DNA of 64,000 nt. Source: Macrostomum lignano. Taxonomy: Eukaryota. Below, in pieces: positions 13,201 through 22,900 of the stretch. The stretch lies in the NCBI GenBank assembly GCA_002269645.1, contig NIVC01000037.1:372001-436000 (forward strand), read 5' to 3'. The position numbers and the translations under genes are program-made. The notes beneath the pieces were generated by a model. That model was not told the DNA's origin. It searched no databases and saw nothing but the letters and a program-made list of their open reading frames with translations. How positions within the stretch are numbered: the first letter of the stretch is position 1; each line of letters opens with the position of its first letter.

Positions 13201-16200
13201 ATGATGAACTCGTTTAGACTTTGCGGATCGAGACAGAGACGCACAGAACTGTCAGGCTTCCACACAACCACAACGTTGGATACCCACTCCGTGGGGTGCG
13301 AACACTGGGAAATCATTCCTTGCTCACTGAGGCGATGCAGCTCATCTCTTAATGCTTTCAATTCTGCAAACGGAACTTTTCTTGGACCCTGAACTCTGGG
13401 AACAGCGTTCGTCTGTAAAACTATGTGGTGTGTTCCTGGCAGACAACCTAGCCCTTCAAAGACATCGGCGTATTCTTTCAAAATCACTTCCTTTGTAAGT
13501 GGTTCTTCCGATACCGGAACATCCTGTTGAACAGCATGCAGTATCCGTATCAGTCCGAGACTCTCTGCTGTATTTGTCTCAAGCAATGGCATATTATCTT
13601 CAGCGATGACAAAGAATTTTGCTTGAATTTCTTCATTCTGGTGTCTGAGAAGCAGTTGAATTTGTCCCAAAACTGTCAGCCTCTGTTTGTTGTACTCAAC
13701 TAACTGTGTGCTTCTATCCTCTCGGTATTCCTTCTTGGTAATCTGCCTAAGTCTTTTTGCAGACATAATGTTAACATCGGCTCCTGTGTCGATTTTAAAC
13801 GAAATCAACTGACGATCCTCAACCAGTACACTCGCGATTGTCTTGCTGTTCGTGCGAGCGGTCTTATTTTGCATTATTTCCAGCCATCTGGTCACAGCTA
13901 GCAACTGAAGATACAGCCCATGATTTTGTTAAGCTGCCTCCTGTGTCTTCGTCATTTTCGTCATCATGTTCATCTACCAGTCTGACATGTCTTGTAGGGT
14001 TATTTCGAAACTTTTGCTGACACATGGCTTTAAAATGGTTCTTTCTTCCACAATTACTACACATCTTTCCAAATGCAGGACAGTGCTTACTACCAAAGGT
14101 GTGCTGTTTTCCGCAGTATCTGCAACTGGTTCTGCCCTGATGCGAGTCCTTGCGGGAGCCTTGGGAGGAGTTTCTCACTCGGTTTCTCTGGTGCTTTGCT
14201 GTGGGTGCCATTTTTTTAACTGTGTCCACACTTGGTCTTGGGTTTTCATACGCCTTACCGATCATTTTCTGTGCTTGCACTTTGGATGCTTCACATGCTC
14301 GACACAATGCGATTGCCTTCTCGAGCGTCAGCTTGTCCTGTTCCAATAGCCTCTCCCTGACCGAAGGATTGTGCACTCCATACACGATTTGGTCTCTTAG
14401 AATTGCATTTTCGATTGTTTCGGATGCCATTGGCTTTGCAAAATTGCATTGTTTTATGAGTGTTCGCAGCTCGCCAAGATAGTGATCAAATTCTTCGAAT
14501 TGCTGCTGTGTGCGCATTCCGAACTTGTATCTTTCGAATGTTTCACAGTCCAGCGGCTTGCAGAATTTCTCAAATGCGGCAACAATTTGGTCGAATGAAT
14601 TACCTTCAGTCAAATCTAGCGTATCGTAAATATCTCGACCTTGTTCACCCAATGCCGTGAGGAGAATTGCTGTCTTGACCTCGTCGGCCTCTTTTTCTCT
14701 CTTAGTCGCCGTGAGGAATAGTTTGAAACCGTTGATCCACTTTCGCCATTTCTCGGCTTTGTTTTCATCAAAGGAAAATGGTGCAGGCGGCTTTAGGCTT
14801 CCAGAATCAGCCATATGTATGCTTTAGTGGAGCTCGAATTGAAGTTGCACTTTTACGGTTTCCTCTGACACCATGTTATGTTTTTGGATATGAATGTTAT
14901 ATTACGGCATAGCCGTCTGTGCTGCGCTTAGTTCGTATCTGCAGCTCTCGTATATTTAGCTTATAAAGACATAAAGCTAAGGTCATAGACAACTTAATTC
15001 GGTCTGTCTGCGACACCAACCCACCTCTGACCCACTTTTGTCTGACCCAATCCACCTCTGACCCACTTTTGTCTGACCCAATCCACCTCTGACCCACTTT
15101 TGTCTGACCCAATCCACCTCTGACCCACTTTTTTCTGACCCAATCCACCTCTGACCCACTTTTTTCTGACCCAATCAACCTCTGACCCACTTTTGTCGGA
15201 CCCAATCCATCTCTGACCCACTTTTGTCTGACCCAATCCACCTCTGACCCTCTTTTGTCTGACCCATCCCTCCGCTGACCCAACCCACTTCTGCCCCACT
15301 TTCGCCTGACCCATCCCACCCCTGATCCACTTTCTCCTGACCCAACTACTTGCATCCTATGCTTCACTTTTGCATCTAACAATACCTTCTAAAATGATAA
15401 TGAGTCATGCAGTCTACCTAAAATTCTTAAATGCTAATATTTTTTATGAATCTCGTTAAACTTGGATTAAAAACACTGTACTATAGTACTGTGAGTAGCT
15501 AAGCTCGGCAGTATATTTAACGAAAACAACCTCTCACCGCCCCTTGGGGCTGGCCGCAGCTGGAAGGATTTCGTCGACTTTCTGGAGCGCGCGCAGGCTG
15601 CCTACTTCCAGCGCAACCCGAACGCTCTCCGGGCGCCACCGCCTAAGCTGGCAGCTGAGAAATCAAAGACGCCGACAGAGCCCCCGCCGGAGCCGGCAGT
15701 GCAACCGCAGGACAGGTTCAAAAGTGCCGCCGCCAAGGTAGGCTGAGGGCGGGTGTTGCTGTAAATGAAAAAAAATCATAGTTTCATATAAATCATATAA
15801 ATCATATAAATCATAGTTTATTAATTTGAATTCGCGCCAAAAATGAGAACCTTTAAACACCCTTGATTTATTTTTATCTAATGAACAAAAATTATTATCC
15901 TGTCATTTTTCTGAGCATTTCAAGCGTCCTTTTGCAATAAATTCAGGAAACTTAATTGACAATAAATTAGATATTTCAGTGCCATTTCAGTGTGATTATA
16001 GTGCCATTTAAGTGCCATTTAAGTGCCATTTAAGTGCCATTTCAGTCCGGTTTTATTGCCACATAATTTCCAGTTCCATATCAACTTTCTTGCCGTCTGA
16101 TTTCAGACAATATATAGAAAATGCTAGCATGCAGTTCAGAGGCTTGAAAAGCCCAGACATTCACACCGCGCAGATTATTGCAGGAGAGTTGAGGCGAAAA

Positions 16201-16885
16201 CCGGCATCGGCTGCAGGCTGCTCGGTGCTGCAGGCTCCCGTCGCCGCTGCCGTCACGATGAAGGTGTCCCAATTGCACCAACCAAATTAGCTCGGAGCAC
16301 CTGGCTAGACTCCAAGGACAATTTGAATAGAAGGACGGGAGACTTCTTTTCTTAGAAAATCTTTGAAGGGCTGGTTTTACCAAAAACGCTACGGAGATAT
16401 AATTATAGGACGTCTGTTAATGCACCGAACTTATTTTTTACATTTGTTTTTTGTTAAAGTAAAGAAATTCTTCGGTAGCATTTTTTGCGGAGAGCTGGCA
16501 GATTTGAAACTTTTCTAAGAAACGAAGTTTCCCGTACTTCTACTTAAGTCGCTCTTTCTAATACGTTTTTACTGTTTATGTAGCTCTCCGTAGTTTTGAG
16601 TCCAGGTTAGCTGTGACTGTAGCCAGGGACATCAGTCTCTCTCTCTCTCGCTCTTTCTCGCTCTCTCTCGCTCTTTCTCGCTCTCTCTCGCTCTTTCTCG
16701 CTCTCTCTCGCTCTTTCTCGCTCTCTCTCGCTCTCTCTCGCTCTCTCTCGCTCTCTCTCGCTCTTTCTCGCTCTCTCTCTCGCTCTCTCTCGCTCTCTCT
16801 CGCTCTGTCTCTCCCTCTCTCTCCCTCTCCCCCTGTCTCTCTTCCTCTCTCACTCTCTCTCTCTTTCTCTCCCTCTCCCCCTGTC

Positions 16886-16917
<32 letters not shown>

Positions 16918-19900
16918 CCAGTTTTGAGTCCAGACTAGCTATGACTGTAGCCAGTCATGCAGTTCACCAGTGCAACTCAATTGCATGATGCATATTCGGA
17001 CACAAATGAAAGAATTCATTTCATTTTCTGCTTGCCTTCTGCAAACTTCAGCGCACTGAACCAACCACTGCGTCCGTGTCGGCTGCGAGACCACCACCAC
17101 CACCACAACAGCAAGAGTTGCAAAAACCCCAGCAGCAAACGGTTAAAAAAGATTCTAACATAAACGCGGCTGGTTCGAAAGAGAAAACTAGTGAGCAAGC
17201 TTCCTTCTGGATTATGTGGTGCAGAGTGGGATGGGTGCAGGGTGGGGTAGGTGCAGGGTGGGGTGGGTGCAGGGTGGGTTAGGTGCAGGGTGGGGTGGGT
17301 GCAGGGTGGGGTAGGTGCAGGGTGGGGTGGGTGCAGGGTGGGTTAGGTGCAGGGTGGGGTGGGTGCAGGGTGGGGTAGGTGCAGGGTGGGGTGGTTGCAG
17401 AGTGGGGTGGGTTGTAGAGTGGGGTGGGTTGTAGAGTGGGGTGGGTGCAAAGTGGGGTGGGTGCAGCGTGGGGTGGGTGCAGAGTGGGGTGGGTGCAGCG
17501 TGGGATGGGTGCAGGGTGGGGTAGGTGCAGGGTGGGGTGGGTGCAGGGTGGGTTAGGTGCAGGGTGGGGTGGGTGCAGGGTGGGGTAGGTGCAGGGTGGG
17601 GTGGTTGCAGAGTGGGGTGGGTTGTAGAGTGGGGTGGGTTGTAGAGTGGGGTGGGTGCAGAGTGGGGTGGGTGCAGCGTGGGGTGGGTGCAGAGTGGGGT
17701 GGGTGCAGCGTGGGGTGGGTGCAGAGTGGGGTGGGTGCAGCGTGGGGTGGGTGCAGAGTGGGGTGGGTGCAGGGTGGGGTGGGTGCAGAGATGGGGTGGG
17801 TTGCAGAGTGGGATGGGTGCAGAGTGGGGTGGTTGCAGTGCAATGAGGGGTGAAGGAAGGCAGAGTGATGCTCATTGTTTCATACATGTAATTCCAAAGT
17901 TACTGCACTTACTCTACTCTATAGGCGTGGAGCCAGTCCCAGCCAAGTCGCAGGATGCAGAAGCTCAACTGCAGTCTGAGCTGCCGACATTGCAGGAGTC
18001 AGTTGCTCAGAAATCAGAACAGTTGCAAGAAACGCAAAAAAAGCAGCAGCAACAACAACAACAACAGCAGCAGCAGCAGCAGCAACAACAGCAGCAGCAG
18101 CAAGCTGTTTGCGATGAGTCTGGTGCCGTGTCAGCCACAGTCCTTGGCCGCTGCTGCGTCGCCTTTTGCCCTACCGGCTTCGATCCGATAGCGGAAGCGC
18201 CCGGAGACCCGCCGTTGAGAAGCTTGCAGCTGGAGTGGGTGTGAGTGAGGGTGGGCTGCAGCTGGAGTGGGTGTGAGTGAGGGTGGGCTGCAGCTGGAGT
18301 GGGTGTGAGTGAGGGTGGGCTGCAGCTGGAGTGGGTGTGAGTGAGGGTGGGCTGCAGCTGGAGTGGGTGTGAGTGAGGGTGGGCTGCAGCTGGAGTGGGT
18401 GTGAGTGAGGGTGGGCTGCAGCTGGAGTGGGTGTGAGTGAGGGTGGGCTGCAGCTGGAGTGGGTGTGAGTGAGGGTGGGCTGCAGCTGGAGTGGGTGTGA
18501 GTGAGGGTGGGCTGCAGCTGGAGTGGGTGTGAGTGAGGGTGGGCTGCAGCTGGAGTGGGTGTGAGTGAGGGTCAGCCGTCAGCTCCCACCTTTTCAGCTA
18601 CGGCTACAGAGGCAATGACTGCCGCAACAACATCCTCGTGCTGCCCTCGAGGGAGCTGCTGTACTTCACGGGGCGAGTGGCCGTGCTGCTGTTGGTAACG
18701 CGGCAGCAGCAGAGGCACTACTGCGAGCATTCGGCCGAAATAACCAGGTGATAATCAATGTTCTCCTCTGTCGGTTTTTTTTTGAATTTGCACATTCTAA
18801 TAGTAAATTTTGCATTGCAGCATCGCTCTGCATCCGGACGGTGTTACCGTGGCAACCGGACAGTGTCCGGCCGAACCGGAAGGGCAGGCAGCATCCATTC
18901 GCCTGTGGAGTGCAGACAGCCTGCAGACTGCCTGCGTGCTGAAAGGTGACGAACTGCAGGGCTCGATCAACTGCCTGGCATTCGCGGAGCAGAGGGTGAG
19001 CGCTGAGCACACTGTGAGCAGCTTCATTTCCCTTGCTCTCCTGAACCTGCTTCCTCTTTGAGAGCTTCTACACGTGTATCCGAAAGTGAGACTCGAACTC
19101 CCGATAGGCCAGGACCGTTTTTTGAGTTCTTACTCGGTTCTGTCGCAACAACCCAACTAGCAACTTTTCTTGCACACACTTTAAGAGACATTTGCTTCAA
19201 ATTCTTTCTATACTACTCTTCAGTAGGCGATCTTTAATACTTTGCATTTACTTGATTCGATAACCCTGGCTCTAAACATAGCCCTAAACCCTAGCCATAG
19301 CCCTAGCCATAACCATAGTCCTAACCCTAGACATTACCCTAGCCATAACCATAGCCCTAACCCTAGACATTACCCTAGCCATAACCATAGCCCTAACCCT
19401 AGACATTACCCTAGCCAAAACCATAGCCCTAACCCTAGACATTACCCTAGCCATAACCATAGCCCTAACCCTAGACATTACCCTAGCCATAACCATAGCC
19501 CTAACCCTAGACATTACCCTAGCCATAACCATAGCCCTAACCCTAGACATTACCCTAGCCATAACCATAGCCCTAACCCTAGACATTACCCTAGCCATAA
19601 CCATAGCCCTAACCCTAGACATTACCCTAGCCATAACCATAGCCCTAACCCTAGACCTTACCCTAGCCACCATAGCCCTAACCATAGCCCTAACCATAGC
19701 CCTAGCCCTAGTCCTAACCATAGGCCTAGATCTAGCCACACCCCTAACCCAACCTTGCAGGACCGCCTGTGGAGCGTCGCCTCCAAGCCAGACGGCCAGT
19801 CCGTCCTGGGCCTGTGGGACACCCGGCAGTCCCGAGGCAGCCGCCTGTGCTCAGTCCAACTGGGCACGGACGTCCTCTGCGACCTGGCCTGCAGCCCCGC

Positions 19901-22900
19901 CGATCCCACTCTGCTGGTGACCGCCGGTCGCGAGCACGCCGTCTGGTGGCGCGTCGCCGTCGACGGCTGCAGCATTGAACGGCGGGCCAGCGCCGACTTC
20001 AAGCGGCTGACTGGCCGGGCGCCGCGCTTCGTGGTAGCGCTGCTGCACTCGCCAACTGACGGCCGGCTGGTGAGCGGCGACTCAAGCGGCAACGTCTGCG
20101 TGTGGACAGCCGCCGGCTCCGGGGAGATGCTCGACTGCGTGCAAGGAGCGCACGAGGTCAGAAGGGACGGCGTGTGACCGATATTGAAATGCGTAGATCT
20201 AAATATTCTCAGGAGCGTTTCACAAACCAGCAGGGGACTGACGGCAGTTCTGCCATTCCGCTGGCTCCTGAGCACATGCAAGTGCCAATACTGTACGCAG
20301 GCACAGCACTCATACACACGCTCACACAGGGTGTACACAGCGGCCTTGATTTTCTAATCGTCTGGCATGTACACTCTCTGAGACTTGGTGGGGGGTTTCA
20401 CATAGTACTTCAGTAAGTTCACCAATTTTCGAGCTGGTGAAACTTTGAGCGCGTGAGAGCGATCGATTCTCTCAATCTTTTTTCTCACCGCAGGGTCCGG
20501 TGTTTGCTCTCTGCCTTTACAACAGCAAGTGGCTGCTGACGGGCGGGCGGGATGGCCGCCTCCGCTGCTGGCAGTGGGGCAGCGGCCTCGAACGGCTGGG
20601 AGAGATTCGCCTGCCAGACGGTGAAGGCGGCATTCGCTGCGTCCGGATTCTTCGTGGCGGCCAGGGCGATCAGCTGGTGCTGGGCACCACCGCCAACTCC
20701 ATCTTGCTGTGCAGGATCAACACGGAGCAGGGCTGGTAGGTGGCGATGCCCTGCTGCACTGCATTGTAAAATCAAGAAGATTAATATTGAGGGTTATTTT
20801 AGATTTTTTAAAATTTATCCAGAGGTTGTCTTTTATCCAGAGAGAAGAGCCAAACAGCTTGCTTGATTTGAAGTCTGTTGGAGACTGCAGCTAGGAATTC
20901 CGCTTGATCGGCTTTATTGTCTATGGCCGAGAGCAGTTGAAGATTATTAACTTGATCGGATTTATTGTCTATGGCCGAGAGCAGTCGAATATTCTTAACT
21001 TGATCGGCTTTATTGTCTATGGCCGAGTGCAGTTGAAGATTCTTAACTTGATCGGCTTTATTGTCTATGGCCGAGAGCAGTCGGAGATTCTTAACTTGAT
21101 CGGCTTTATTGTCTATGGCCGAGAGCAGTCGGAGATTCTTAACTTGATCGGCTTTATTGTCTATGGCCGAGAGCAGTCGGAGATTCTTAACTTGATCGGC
21201 TTTATTGTCTATGGCCGAGTGCAGTTGAAGATTCTTAACTTGATCGGATTTATTGTCTATGGCCGAGTGCAGTTGAAGATTCTTAACTTGATCGGATTTA
21301 TTGTCTATGGCCGAGAGCAGTCGAATATTCTTAACTTGATCGGCTTTATTGTCTATGGCCGAGTGCAGTTGAAGATTCTTAACTTGATCGGCTTTATTGT
21401 CTATGGCCGAGAGCAGTCGGAGATTCTTAACTTGATCGGCTTTATTGTCTATGGCCGAGAGCAGTCGGAGATTCTTAACTTGATCGGCTTTATTGTCTAT
21501 GGCCGAGAGCAGTCGGAGATTCTTAACTTGATCGGCTTTATTGTCTATGGCCGAGTGCAGTTGAAGATTCTTAACTTGATCGGATTTATTGTCTATGGCC
21601 GAGTGCAGTTGAAGATTCTTAACTTGATCGGATTTATTGTCTATGGCCGAGAGCAGTCGGAGATTCTTAACTTGATCGGCTTTATTGTCTATGGCTCAAG
21701 CCTCTCCACCTAATGCCGCCCCCTGCACTTCAGGTGCCCCCTAGACGGTGCCATCGTAGAGCCGGTGGCGCTCACCCGAGGCCACTACGACCAGCTGCAG
21801 GGCCTTGATTGCGTGACCGGCCGTCCAGGCCTTTTCGTCACGGCCGGCTTTGATGGTCAGGCGTGCGTCTTTAGCGCGGAGACGCGACAGTGCCTGCATA
21901 GGACTGCCGTTCCAGTGAGGCTCATGGACTGGTGATGGGGCTGATGATCGGGCTGGTGATCGGGCTGATGATGGGGCTGGTGATGGGGGTGATGATGGGG
22001 CTAATGATGGGGCTGACAATGGGGCTGATGTTGGGGCTGATGATGGGGCTGATAATGGAGGTGATGATGGGACTGATGTTGAGGCTGATGATGGGGCTAA
22101 TGATGGAGCTGATGATGGGGCTGATGTTGGGGCTGATGATGAGTCGTGAAACTCATTATTCGCAGTTTTGGCTGCCTCAATCTGTCTATAAGCTAGCTGA
22201 ATCAAGCAAATGTCAGCTTAAAAAACCGCTTGCAGAAGAAGTGCCTCTCCTGCGTCTGCTGGAAGGAAACCAGCACAATCGTGCTGGGCACCCGCTCCGG
22301 CGAAGTAATCATTCTTTTCGAGAAGAATGGCAGCCTAATCGAAGTTTTTAAGGAGAGTGTCGCAGCGCATCGCATCGATGCTATTGCTATGTCACACGGT
22401 GAGTGAATTCCACGGGGTATAACAAAGTGCTTGCTAGCGATAAGGCAGTGGAGTGAGTTGACTGGACAGGGGCTTGTGAGGTGGTGGGGCAGGGAGTGAG
22501 GTTGGTGGGGCAGGAGTGAGGTGGTGGGGCAGGAGTGAGGTAGGGGTGATTGACTGAGTGAGGCAGTGCAAACAACTGAGGCCACCCCACCCTGCCAGAC
22601 AAGCAAGCAATCGCCGTTGGCTCCTCTGACGGCCGCGTCCACTTTCTGGAGCTGCAGCCGGACCCGGCGGACCCCGGAATGAAATCATGGCGTCGGCCCG
22701 AGACTGCCGCTGCCAGCAACCTGCTGGTCTTGCGCCGAGGCGGTGTTGAATCGCTCGACTTTGCCAATGCCACTTTCGAGGGCTCTCGACTCCTCTGCGC
22801 CAGCAACTCGACTGGAGAGGTCGCCTTCTGTGAGTTCAATAGCATTGCTATGCACTTTTATGAACAATTGCATGACAAAAATATCATTCTCCCGAAACGC

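Larger units (their letters stand above)
10490..15015 (-). mobile_element. Full-length Ty3/Gypsy LTR retrotransposon (Mag-like), 4526 bp
   Basis: Two TG...CA LTRs differ by only two small indels. The 5-bp TSD is CCAAC (10485-10489 / 15016-15020). A PBS, PPT, gag and PR-RT-RH-IN pol order are present. Confidence 0.97.

Noticed and set aside
11736-14660. Small plus-strand ORFs
   Set aside because: Antisense shadows of retrotransposon gag/pol.
20904-21713. 269-aa membrane-like repeat ORF (LNLIGFIVYGREQSEI)n
   Set aside because: A 48-bp array wholly within an EML intron whose flanking exons splice in phase.
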